DNA of 64,000 bases, from IMG/VR virus record IMGVR_UViG_3300020472_000017, positions 248-64,247 of that record. One strand, given 5' to 3'. A model generated the notes under the pieces. That model was not told the DNA's origin. It saw nothing but the letters and a program-made list of their open reading frames with translations, and made no database searches. Position numbers and translations under genes: made by a program. The DNA comes from a virus. Numbering within the stretch: position 1 is the first letter of the stretch; each line of letters begins with the position of its first letter. Below are positions 9,001 through 18,400 of this stretch, piece after piece.

Positions 9001-11854
9001 CTTCTTCTGCAATAAATTCTTGGTTAACTTTAATAGCTTCAGCACCATCTCTAAACCTAGCAGTTTGAGAGATCTTAGTAAATCCATAAGGAGAGTTCCT
9101 TAAAGATGCTAGAACATAGTTACTAGATGAGATAACCGCTTGGTTACCAGTTGGGTTGAGTGTTGCATCAAATACACCAACAGCTGCTCTTACAACAAAT
9201 TGTAAAGAGTAACCATCAGGACGTTCAATACGATGAGTGATATATTTACGACCATTAAGATCTTCAACGTTATCTAATACACTAACTGTAGATCCACTAG
9301 CAGTTGCAGTGTTAGTTGTTGATTGAATATTTGCTGCTTTAAGAACAAAGATAGCAGTTGTATTGGAACTATTATACTTCGCAGTACCCATGCCCAATTC
9401 AGTATTACCTGGAAGAGTTGGAGTTCCAGCACCTGTAGCAAAGGTATCAATCTGATAAATCTTACTTAATGCTTCTGAACCAGCTCCACTGAAGTTAAAC
9501 TTAAGTCCACATTCTCCAAGTGAAACCCAATTACCGAATAATGTACTAGTGAGTGCGTTATCACAACCAGTAATAGTAACTGTAACTTCACCACTTGCTA
9601 AAGCCCATGAGGTATTAGTAGATGCACCAAAGTTAATTGCACTACTTACGAAACCATATAACTGAACTTCCTGTCCAACTTCATAGTCATGGTAAGAAGT
9701 ACCAGATAAAGTAAATGTAGGTCCAAGATAAGTCTGCTGTGTAGCTAATGAAGTATCAATCGTATTGATTGATAGAACTCTACTCGCTATTTCAAATCTT
9801 TGATATCCAGAACCTGTATCGGTAAAGGTAAGAGTAACTGGATTATCATTACCCTGAGCATCTTTTTGTACAGCGTTGGCAGCAGATGTAGCAAGTCTTA
9901 TCCAATCAGTATTCTCTTTATAAACATAATAAGTAGTACCATCTACAAGACCAGAGATGCCACCCATCTTGCTGGCACGATATACTATACCATCACCAGT
10001 TGCATACTGGTGTGTGGGGATATTAATACGATTACCTTCTGGCATAATCTGGCCAGAGGTGAATAGATGAAGATTAGTATTTGTAGATACTGCAGTGATA
10101 TCTTTAATACCTGTAGTAGCTGTAATTGTTGTAGAATTAAGCCAGGTATCATAAAGTTCAATAGTGTTGGAATCAACAGCTCTTACGTAATAAAGCGTAT
10201 CATCAGCAAGACCTGCTAGTACAGCAGCTTCATCCTTTTGATAATAAACTTGATCACCAGTCTTTAATAAGTGACCAGTAATTGTAATCCTATTTGTAGT
10301 TAAGTTAACCTTAGTAGCATCAGCAGGGAAAGCTATAGTTTCTCTTTCTGAATTAATTGTATGCTGATAGATCTGATTAGAGATAGTCTCTAATTCAGGT
10401 CTTAATGATTCAGCGTCAGAAACGTCAAATCTGTTAGATGGATTATTCTGTAAGTCAGTAACAATATTTGCTGCTACAGCATCATAGAATATTTTTTCAG
10501 CGTCCTGGAATACATCATTAACACCTGATGTAATTAATATCTTAACACTACCAGTTGAATATGGAGATGCTTGTGGACCTGTGAAGGTAATCTCTTGAAT
10601 AGTACCTAGTGTACCAGAAGATCCACCTTGTACGAAGTAACCAACTACAAGAGTAGTATTGTTACCTGTATGGTTAGTGAAAGTAATATTGAAGAGGTTA
10701 TCACCACGGAATTTATCACCAGGAACAGCTGGGATCTGTCCTAATTCTGGTTCGTAGTAAAGTCTTTGCTTATCGTCAAATACGAATGCATACTTCCAAG
10801 TATGAATTACAGTACTCTGTGGGTCTGAAGAGTTCTGAAGTGCGTCTCTAAGTACACAACCAGCAACATATGTTTCGTTAGATGCCTTAAGAAGGTGACG
10901 GTCGGCGTTCATCGGTCTGATGATAACACGACGTAAGTTGTCACCAATTAGAGAACAGTTCCTTGGAACTGAAATTGGGTTATCTTCTAGATATTCACCA
11001 CCAGAAACAATCAGTGAAACGTATTCATCACTAGGATCTGGTTGAGCTTTCTGTAAACCGTAAGCAATTTGTGCTGCTTTCTTAATAGTTTTTACAGGTC
11101 TTGCAGCAGAACGACCATCATTTAGATCACTACCAATAGTCTGAGAGACATATACACGTCCACCAGTGTCATTTGTAGCAACTTTATAAACAAAATCTGT
11201 AGTTGCGATACGCCTTGACTGATCAGTCAGGGGTGGGGTATCAGCAGTTGGGTAAAATGTTTGACCGTATGTATTACTTGTTACGTCTGTATCTTCATAG
11301 TTAAACAGATTAGGCCCACGAAGATCCAACGCAGGGTTGATTATAGTCTGAATATCTAAGTTAACGACCTGTGCAGTGTCAGAAATGATAGAACGTGTCG
11401 TTCTGATTTGACCTTCTACATCAAGCTCGTACTGAGGATCGGTAGTATTAACACCAACACGAATATTATTTTGAGGATTTAAATTTAAAGTTAATGCATC
11501 TTTCTCATTAGCATCAACACCCACAGACATTTCTATGGATTGGTCACCTTGAATACTTAGAGATCTTACTCTCTTATATGCTAGAGTATTACCAGCAGTA
11601 ATTACACCTAAATTTGCACTTTGGAATGAAAGATTATCATCATCTACCTTGGTTACAGTATAAGTTCCATCAGTTTCACCACCAGAGGTAAAATCGACGT
11701 ACAACTTTTCACTACCAATAAATCCATGAGCAACAGAAAGGATATTAACTACACCTGCAACCGTTCTACTGTAAGTGGCATTTATCCAATTACCTGTAGG
11801 AGTACTTCCAGAAGCTTGTATTCTTTGCTGGTCTGAATTAATCTTAAGAGCCAT
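1..11854 (-). CDS. Giant virion structural / tail-fibre-like protein, >=3951 aa, 3' end outside window
   Basis: ATG at 11854 (MALKINSDQQRIQASG...). The same frame gives sensible protein at spot checks near 9000, 7800, 7000, 5600, 4200 and 2-130; not every codon was checked. Absent from the ORF track because no stop lies in the window. Contains a split pectin-lyase-like beta-helix, helical DAxxLIxxNxxFIxEEA repeats, 8 YP(R/K) modules and three (N/D)AxxLDG fibre motifs (~550, 1265, 1690). Confidence 0.85.
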   Translation of the reverse strand, partial: MALKINSDQQRIQASGSTPTGNWINATYSRTVAGVVNILSVAHGFIGSEKLYVDFTSGGETDGTYTVTKVDDDNLSFQSANLGVITAGNTLAYKRVRSLSIQGDQSIEMSVGVDANEKDALTLNLNPQNNIRVGVNTTDPQYELDVEGQIRTTRSIISDTAQVVNLDIQTIINPALDLRGPNLFNYEDTDVTSNTYGQTFYPTADTPPLTDQSRRIATTDFVYKVATNDTGGRVYVSQTIGSDLNDGRSAARPVKTIKKAAQIAYGLQKAQPDPSDEYVSLIVSGGEYLEDNPISVPRNCSLIGDNLRRVIIRPMNADRHLLKASNETYVAGCVLRDALQNSSDPQSTVIHTWKYAFVFDDKQRLYYEPELGQIPAVPGDKFRGDNLFNITFTNHTGNNTTLVVGYFVQGGSSGTLGTIQEITFTGPQASPYSTGSVKILITSGVNDVFQDAEKIFYDAVAANIVTDLQNNPSNRFDVSDAESLRPELETISNQIYQHTINSERETIAFPADATKVNLTTNRITITGHLLKTGDQVYYQKDEAAVLAGLADDTLYYVRAVDSNTIELYDTWLNSTTITATTGIKDITAVSTNTNLHLFTSGQIMPEGNRINIPTHQYATGDGIVYRASKMGGISGLVDGTTYYVYKENTDWIRLATSAANAVQKDAQGNDNPVTLTFTDTGSGYQRFEIASRVLSINTIDTSLATQQTYLGPTFTLSGTSYHDYEVGQEVQLYGFVSSAINFGASTNTSWALASGEVTVTITGCDNALTSTLFGNWVSLGECGLKFNFSGAGSEALSKIYQIDTFATGAGTPTLPGNTELGMGTAKYNSSNTTAIFVLKAANIQSTTNTATASGSTVSVLDNVEDLNGRKYITHRIERPDGYSLQFVVRAAVGVFDATLNPTGNQAVISSSNYVLASLRNSPYGFTKISQTARFRDGAEAIKVNQEFIAEEAYGYVKSYHENSATRASNLTIGSTTFNALGDTFAHPIDSWTVNYNKLTVKVNTGHNLFRGFRNHTHTYNGGTSSNAITITAGSVQKDVTAATYNSVTGELVMTIGAHTFTTADTVTIGAGKLSFTCSRDNHQTSHTYPRSSDPVYNTATAITAVDAASSITVNVGVAANVTIAGSGTAGINGKWAVSDIVDHRTFILEIGENIVSNATTGTDGTFTDIRKPYRTPNSFPANNKQADAADLLAHNAELISEVAVKRMLAANGGYNVPGNTSNCTDDITDFLQKSLYHNLKWGGNDRVYDACNYFITQVTTSNQDRYVEAFNYAKDYALKVIRNLPILRHPHSTAAQQYETITLDRGTYGTVPNLTQDAANLLNTNNKFISEEAVERFISSLTDVPVEAVSGNDITINALNGTTPTNTTAHTFQGVSAYQFTPTGAKYDPITGEMVLTIASHPFVDGDRLQIAADGLKFTCGLDSNATQKDYPRTTDPFYNKWMGVRRVDANNIKVNVGKANTDVTPHTWVSSVSNCVTRAVVYNDTGFTKHTVTGATYEPITGVLTLTIPNHGFTAGEKVQVAQDSLTFTCAMDDNFSKHTYPRSTDPALNVWKSVTNVTQNSFDINVGTTPPVTFTPTNAVYTPATGLVEVTIGNHNLSAPTSHTVSGAALNVTTGVMTVTVTDHGFQEGDKINIATGTIQMSCGYGGGGNESYPKAGQPIDGKYVNIWNVTANTFDFDCTGGVALSVSDAHTFVSATANSLKHVKEHVKLTTGAITFKCDEDGGSTEHAYPRAVVDSHTAGAGTTYNPTTGIMKITTTAAHGMRNGDWVKFAENSITFSCGFGGGGQVNKSYPRATDPIYNQWQKVFNVTSTTFDLQVLDALPSTNTDAHTFISATANGIQQKRDKSYNTSIPIVATTGTTVTLDVGISSNTTTHTYQSALNNSVITGGNYAHTWVSSTTNGVKRSTSSTINNYVPSAGTYDPATGALVLTVGSNELTAPTTHTPIDGAYDPNTGILTVTINNHGFKPGDRVKLADNAFTFTCTHGGGNHSYPRSTDPISDKWISIANVTANTFDVLVLTTIPSTNTTAHTFVSAAADSVSYATSTVKIAIESLQLSCTHGGGGTSSYPRSTDPIADPGFTIPNHNQDCKDDASDVLRAVAYNLTNGGNDAVYDHAGYFVGTPHVDGEEFQARAVFEMASEIAQQVAANETVNVKGWHGIDQTKDLTITVEPGGCTSVKSSIDTLFSIVEQAINTDSLTHATDTAATTPTCTDVASAVTTFFTTVTTALGTSAGGYGSLPATRTISPGDQQCIDDILHIVKAFQFDLRYTGNSKIVEAANLYISSGAISHVTQEVDYTRAIFAYAKELSIKAIRNSLEPGFFSKIAPVSNGSITVDSSAPECANVISALTTNWGILDNVLSSATAYSGTVTDPDPVITEQGAAKFSFPLLNIFLDLPVIEASPFIQNSSVISFLGGSGCDIDGAKCATPNVPRPGLKLDGQGNTIAQFDPQGKSMVANAFTIISFGGTAYNITNDGYTQVVSVFAIFCQDGVVCQSGGYASITNSASNFGTYALRASGFRADPYSFDIGVIDSITNDVDGNQVESGRQVIQVSGTALTQIPTEDYIIRIGDVSPTDPAVEHIILETEVVSGSPGTQIVAKITTNRSMDYTLDASPNTRYRYADGNLGGLVGKSIKFHRPSVVNSSAHTWEYAGSGNTYAALPQNGGFGLGTAYEASEQSFGQVYTSGTNEFGDFKVGNFVTIYNRTGNISFVGTVSISELSSIKIVGGDITITGFSDADTLGGTFASDALLPTQASVKDYISNNLGPYLNQPYSTNAVPSALVQLTSSGKINIDQIPALRPFNITSVTSEAERLAIEDAKSGDIAIQTTATTFSVAPASVNTGTETITITGHGSNDGDGLTYTQGTTAIGGLSTNTKYFVIKVDDNNVKLATTKSNATNNQAIDLTGQGTGTHSFETDGVAVSYILENDLESQFLAFQPNSAYSFTNGAIVAGSTTTARGTIQSYNDGQIYNFVITDGGGDYTGDFALTIGAPDSGSGVQAAATANVTSGVVTKVTITNAGSGYYTQPTVTAPNSPTNNNAVVAAQIEGRVNINIANNIKFDASDYILDGAAANLGTGTYSQTGTTITVSESSHGLSNGALAYLDFTSGGGADGFYSITLVNSGEYTVTSASSASTSGNVSRKRIVDLNRVINTSGSNIANWTQLTSTNIDASNIVAGTVDPERLASKGVSNSYTFLRGDSSWEYALQAIRPTTQDCVVIGGSVTDSSYIDTITITNGGTGYTNGTYQNLPLEGGNVSITDAGVARATYIVSGGVITSATVTDSGTGYTADFSITIPTEFGGGSGAILAATKGTINRVYGNIEIDLRKGDNLTPAATVYGNYGVFRFRKDVANQAIGNQSEGGFLIDANGQVAIDQGPGSELNADKLDGNHGPFYQNAGNLTAGTIDPARLANTTYNISISGTADTANRIFNETASLTSNPSPAQAANGVAAALRNNAATGLNDGGSTHGITTYRREATGSAAIQLGWTDNDNLWIRGNSGGNAVYGNWNKVWSGANDGAASGLDADQLDGHQGLWYQSGYNFGASQGGINKPMGDVFLPEVLGQDKMVFENFYLNDSGLKYTLYIPDYHARTGTNGNINPSGTYTIYSDVGATNNIGSIVVDSTGVSELTHTSGEIYTLVTGTIAFVGNNTNANIYVVGPNPGTKWTVTSSNLISGGSTTVIGLRDAAAGAKLQIGKAATSTTPTIDFRSSGQAPDYDVQMIISGGNTNNGNGTLRINTGDITVNGNTVWHAGNDGSSSQLDAHYLDGFTQSTAASGNTIARRDASGHLTVNDLTADQGVFNNTGTGVLQLAGANGVDLGKAATNSLAIKGRNSGSVGYIRFGTDGNDFGWNGTHLSYNNVYFRNGRLGIGDSNPGSPLEIVNQGDGATLFADFRDGRAGYHRITFGGDGSSSYMTFTDTDNDAGWQMGQDDNDESWFCIRNFATASG
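5621..7834 (-). repeat. Array of 7 YP(R/K) modules inside the giant fibre ORF (8th copy at ~8500-8810)
   Basis: Manual translation gives YPRTTDP, YPRSTDP, YPKAGQP, YPRAVVD, YPRATDP, YPRSTDP, YPRSTDP. Confidence 0.85.
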
Positions 11855-11867
11855 TAGTTCCCAAACA

Positions 11868-12401
11868 CTATGATACGACTGTAATATCTAAAATACCAAT
11901 CCATTTAACGATGGAATTGGTTGTCACCGACTTTACCTCAAATGTAAAGTATGGGTCATTTCCTATCTGAAAAGCATCTGGAGTTACACTCCAAAGCTCT
12001 TGTCCAGGAGGACTATTTTTAATTATGTTTTCATATTCTGCTGTTATTGATGGAGTACCATCATTAGCAGTGTTAACGATAACATCAAACTTGGTAGCAT
12101 AAACGTATGAATTGTTGGTAGTCTCCTGCCCAAAAACTCTTGCCTTAATGAAAGAAACTCTATCAGCAGCTAATGCAGCAGAGTTTGTTGATAGAGCAGT
12201 GGTACCATCCAATGTCAACTGTAAAGTATTATTGGCAGCATCAGTAACTCTCTTCATGAGATACTTGTCATGACTCGCATCAGCAAAGTTATCGCTGACC
12301 ATGTGAATCGCAGAGACATTCTTAAGCTCGAAAGCTGTATTAATAATCTCGGTTTGACCTACTGAGAAGCCCCCAATGGATGAGAAATTCTTTACTGGCA
12401 T
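11868..12401 (-). CDS. Tail-associated structural protein, 177 aa
   Basis: Beta-rich ORF between two fibre genes, preceded by a TATAAATA late promoter; function inferred from context. Confidence 0.6.
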   Translation of the reverse strand: MPVKNFSSIGGFSVGQTEIINTAFELKNVSAIHMVSDNFADASHDKYLMKRVTDAANNTLQLTLDGTTALSTNSAALAADRVSFIKARVFGQETTNNSYVYATKFDVIVNTANDGTPSITAEYENIIKNSPPGQELWSVTPDAFQIGNDPYFTFEVKSVTTNSIVKWIGILDITVVS

Positions 12402-12422
12402 GACTCTATATTACCTAAGGGT

Positions 12423-12430
12423 TATTTATA
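12423..12430 (-). promoter_or_regulatory. T4-type late promoter TATAAATA
   Basis: Exact TATAAATA on the minus strand, overlapping the stop codon of the 2448-aa gene and lying 21 nt before the next ATG. Confidence 0.8.
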
Positions 12431-15400
12431 CCTTGACTTTAGTAGTTGTATATCTACCCGTGAAGGATGTGGATGATGTGGCTGCAGATGATTTGTTCAA
12501 ACTGATGTTCACGTTGTTAGCAGCAACTGCAACTGTGGCATCCATCAGATCATTATCTGAAGTAATGGAGTTAGTAACAGTAGCATGTGCAACTGTTCCA
12601 GCGGCACTACATACAGCGGTTACTTCAAACATCTGAACTTTACCATCATCACTTTCAATAGTAATTAGGGTCTTAGCACCTTTATATGCTGTCTTATCAA
12701 ATGCTGTAATAGAAGCGTTAGATGCGAAAGAAGTCATCTGTCCACCTTCTACTCTACAATCATCAAGTTCTACGAAATCAGCAGTAGAATCAAATACTGT
12801 TAGATAGCTTTCTGTACCACCTGCTTGCCAATTTCTATTAATCTTCCACTTACACTCAGATGCATTAGAATCTAGAGCAATAAATGCTTTAGCATCTAAT
12901 CTAGTAATATAATCCTGTAGAAGAATATCATTACGAGTGTATGGTGTAGATGCACTAGAGATAGTATCAACTCTAATAGTTACGTCTTGAGATGGAGTTA
13001 ATCCACCAAGAGCAGTACCTAATACTCTCAATACTTCACCATTTCCAGCGGAAGGAGAAGATGCTGCTTCATATCCAGTACCACCAGCGTTGATAGTAAC
13101 TGTCGTAACAGTTCCAGCACCATCAACAACAATATCTAATGTTGCTCCACTACCTTCAACAGATGATGCTGTTGTAACTCCAGTGAATGTTTGAGATGCT
13201 GTATATGAGGTTGCAACCTGTGTTAGTGTTGCAGGGTCAAGAGTAGCAGCAACACCCTGTGCAGGAACATTACGTAATCTTAGACCACCAGTAACTTCAA
13301 GGTCTTTCTTAGCTCTTACAGATACAATATTCTGTGACTCTACTAAAACATTAAGTGGGTTAACATCATATAATGTACCTTTAAGTGTATATCCACCAGT
13401 AACTGTTGCAAGATGAGATGTAGCATATGTAGTACCCGTCATGTTCGTCTTGAACGCGAGGGTAGTATTATTCAATGAAAGGTTATTAATACCTGCAGCA
13501 AAGAACTCAAATGTATCTTCATCAGCATTTGGAGATGACTCAGTTAATATGTAAGTATCTTGGTCAACGTCTCTAACACCACCAAGAGAAACGAAATCAT
13601 TTCCGTTGTATCCCTCAAACTGTTGTTGAGTACTATTGAATCTAATAGCACCTGCTATTCTATCATTAGTAAGTGGACGTTGGTTTGTAGTACCAGCTGG
13701 TATAATAAGTGAACCAGTTGATTTAACATAAGCACTCTTACCGCCACCTGGTTTGAGGACAATACCTTGACCTTGTGTATCAGTAATAGTAACAGTGTTT
13801 CCAGAACCACCACCAATCGTAGCAGGGTTAAATGTTATTTCATCACCAACATGATAGTTGTGACCCTTAGCAGCAGCAGTTACCGTTGCAGCAGTAATAG
13901 CACCACCAGAAACAGTAACATCGAAAGTTGCAGCAGTACCAATTCCAGTAGTTGCAGTGACAGTACATGCACTATAAGAACCATCAGTGTAACCAGTTCC
14001 TGTGCCAGTGACTGCAACTGTTAATATTTCACCGAAGGAATTCGTTCCTCCAATATCTGCATTCTCAATACTATTAGTTTGGAACTTAAGCTTTTCATCA
14101 ATTTTCAAACTACCAGTAATTTCAGTATCACCAGTCTGAGTATCAACAAAGAATTTCTTATTAGCAAGATTACCGTCATTAACTTGGAACTCCCTATCAG
14201 CTGCACCAGTGATAACCATATCACCAGTTCCTTTTGGAGTGATAGTGACAGGAATATTAGCGTCTTGACCATCAGCAGTTAGTACAGCAGCGTTATTAAG
14301 CACAAGTCCTGCATTTGCACTACCAACAGTAAGAGTTTCAGCAGTAGAATCTACTTTAAAGAATGGAGCAGCATTACCTATAGTACTGTCAGCGATAATA
14401 TCACCAGCAGTTTGTATACTAGTTCCATTAATTACATGCTTCTGAACTCCACCATGAGCAATACTAAACTCATCAGCAGCAGATCTGTAGATACCAGTCG
14501 TAGGTTCATTAGAAAGAGTGATGGTTGGTGCTGCAGCAGTACCACCTGATTGAATACTTATTCTTGCATTTTCTATGAAGTTATCTGTTCCGTTAGCTGC
14601 AATATTGCCACTAAATGTAGAAATTCCAGTAACACCAAAGGTTCCACCAACAGTAGCATCGGTTGATATGGTAGCATTACCTGATGCTTGAACATTAGTT
14701 GTTGATAATGTATCAGATGAAAGAGTACTTGTAGTACCAGTTCCAACTGTTAAGGTTCCTGTAGTAGAGAAGTTAAAATTCCCTGAAGTTAATGAACCAT
14801 CACCAGCAATTGTTGTTATTGATGTAGTAACAATATCGTTTGCAACCATTGCAAAGTTACTACCAGCACCCATTCCACCAAACTGAAGTGTATCAAATAC
14901 AACTGTCTGTCCACTAAAGAATCCAGAACCACCATTACCTTCTGCAATAGTAGCACTATCAGCATAACCAGCTTTTGTTACTGTAAATACAAATCCAGCA
15001 CCAACTCCAGAATTACCGACATCAGCATCAGCAACAGAAAGTTGATCATTAACAGCGTATCCAGAACCAGATGCCTGAATATCAGTTACGCTGAATATAC
15101 CAGTATCGTTACCAGTAATTGTATATTGGAACCCAGTTCCATTACCAATAAGAGTATCAGATGAAGCTACGAGAACATCGCCAACATTATAACCAGATCC
15201 CTGCATACCAGTTGAGAAAGTAGCAGCAGTAACTGCACCACCTACAACAGTTATATCAAGTTGTGCACCAGATCCAGATTCACCAGCAGTACCAGTAGTA
15301 ACATTGATTGTTGCATTCTCTGACATGGGACGACCATGTGAAGAACACTCATAATATGCAGTTGCACCAATGGTTGCACTAGCCTTACACATAACATCAA

Positions 15401-18400
15401 CATATGCACCAGCATTACCTGGAGTACCATACGAAAAGGTTGCCCACTCAGATGTAGCAGCTTGTGATGTTGCATCAAGAACCAATGGATGACCTGCAAC
15501 AGTGGCATCAGACATATCAAAGCGATATGTATTACCCCTAATCATGGTCAAGTCTGGAGCTTCAACAGCACCTGCTCCAATATTGATGAAATATCTATTA
15601 ATATCTTCGGGAAGACCACTAGTAGTTAAACTACCACCACTAGTAAAGTTAACTACTTCTGCAGCTTGATATACTCCAGAAGTTACGGTTACATAAACAA
15701 AACTGTCAATACCTGCAGTTGCATTACCAACATCAGTTACAGTACCAGTTGCTCCAGATGTTGCACCTGTAGCAGTATCACCAACGTTTACAGTTCCTGT
15801 AATTCCACTAGTAACACAAGGAATTTTATGTCTTGCAGCAACTGTAACTGGCCAAGTAGCAGCTCTATTAAGGTTAACTACATCAATCTGATTATATTCT
15901 GATGCGGTATATCCACTACCACCAGTAATTGTTCCGAAAAGTCCTCTGACTGTAAAGGTTGCAGCAGCATTTGTACCAGATCCACCAGTAAATGATACGT
16001 TAGCATATGTACCAGCAACGTATCCAGATCCAGCAGCAGTAATATTACCACCAACAGGCAATATGTTAATACCTGCAGTACCTCCAGTTCCAGAACCACC
16101 ACTAATAACTACAGTTGGTGTTGATGAATATCCTTCACCAGCCTGTGTTAAAGCTACACTACCTACTTGTCCAAGTTCAGTATCTAATGTTGCAGTTGCA
16201 ACAGCATCATTTGTTGGAGTTCCACCACCACTAAAGCTAACAATAGGTACAGATGAATAACCATACCCACCATTAGATAATGTAACAGAAGCAACAGTAA
16301 AGGTTAAGTTTGCAACTGTTGCAGCTGCTCCAGATCCAGTAGTATCATTGGTATCATTCGTAAATGATAATGTTGGTATACTTGCATATACACCATCACC
16401 TGTAGTACTGACAGAAGTAATATCAGTACCAAGAGTAATAGTAAATGTAGCATCTGTGACTCCACCACCAGTCTCACTCATTGTAAGAGTTGGAGATGAA
16501 CCAATTGTATATCCTGATCCTCTATCACTTATAGCAACCGCTGTAATAGCACCAGCAGCTACAGTTACTGCACCAGCAACAGCAGTGAATCCTCTGATAA
16601 TGTGCATCTCCTGAGCACCAGTAGCAGTCAAGGCTATTGGTGTACCACCTGAAGTTGCAGCAAGTTGAATAGTAAAGGTTGTTGTATTTCTGTTTACAAC
16701 ATAATATGTTGTACCATTTGTTAGGTTGGTTAGATCACTATTAGTATTATTATCATAAATTACCTTGTCACCATCCCTAAAGTTATTGGTGGTATATGTA
16801 ATTGCATTATTTGCAATAGCAGTATTAGCATCAAACTCTCTATCAGGAGGAGCAGTAAATGTTCCTGTAGGTGTTGAATATCCAGCACCACCAGAAGCAA
16901 CAGCAATTATACCAACATCACCAGTATCACCCATAGATGCGATAAATGCTGTTGTTCCTGTTACTGGAGTTAGGTTTGCAGCTACCGTTGGGTTGTGTGT
17001 ATATAACGATCCACCATTAGTAATATTAATAGTACCTATAGCACCATTTGCAGACAGAGTAGCAGTTGCAGTTGCAACCTGATCTGGGTTTGATAAAATC
17101 TGAGCAGTATAGGCACCTGGAGTATATCCAGTACCTTCGTTAGTTATAGTAAGACCAGTTCCAGTATCATTTAGAGACTTTTTATTAACACCAAAGTTTC
17201 TATTAGAGAAGATACCATAAGAGGAGAAACCTGCCTGAGCATATGTACCAACTGTAAATGCACAAGAAGAGTTACCAGTACCTAGGATAGATGCTAGTCT
17301 GTTAGAGTCAAAGTAAATATTTTCTGGACAAACTACCTGACCATTAAGTGTAATATCTTCGTCACCAGCAGGGTCAAGGATGATCTTACCAGCAGTAGAT
17401 GTTAGACTGTTACCTGCTAATCGTAAGTTACCTGTTTCAACGTATGCAGGATAGATGTTTGTAGTACCAGTTCCATCAGTTAAAGTAATGTTTGCAGCAG
17501 ATTGAGCAGTAGATGTTGCTTCAAACTGAACATTTCCTGTCTGTTGATCAACTGTAAATGCAGTACCTACTCTAAAATCACCCTTATGGTCAGTTGAAGA
17601 ATAGAATACTTTACCATTATTGAGTTCTTCTACTTCGTTAGCTTGAACTGCAAGTGATGGGTCATTGGTATAGTCAGAACCAGCACCAACATATGCAAAT
17701 TGATGTGCTGTTAAATTGAGTTTAGTACCAGCACCGTCTGCAACAGCACCTTTAGTACCATAAACGTTTGTGGATGAAAGAGCACGTACCTCACAACCAA
17801 ATTCAGAATAGTCAGCAGTGACTACAGAAGTAGCAGAATCACCACCATTAGAACGAACGTCACTAGTACCACCAGACTCATCTGTAAAGGTAGTAGAAGC
17901 GTCTGTGCCATTGCCATGTAATAATAATACAGTATTGTTATCAGAAGTATACTCACTTGTTGTAGGAGTAAATGCACCAGTGAAACGGGCAGCACCCTTA
18001 CTAAATCTTACTTCATCAATCCAACCATTAAGTGCTTCAGCAGGAGCACTAGTATCATAATTTGAACCAATTGCTACTGGTTTAGTAGATCCATAATCAT
18101 TAGTATCAGCACCAGTTGCTAATTCTGTTCCATCAAGGAATAATTTTGTTGTACCACCATTTCTTGCAACAGCAACATGATACCAAGTACCAATAGCTAA
18201 AGTACCACCACTAAGTGTAGATGAGTTACCGACACCATAATGAAGTGCAGTACCATTTAAATAAAGCTTTCCTGCAGTATCTGTAGCAGAAGCATCTCTA
18301 AGATCAAATATATGCTGTATGCCAGTTACACTATTAGGACGTACAAATGCCTCAAGACAGAAGTTTGATGTACCAAGTCCAAAGTCTTCGCCAGTTGGCA

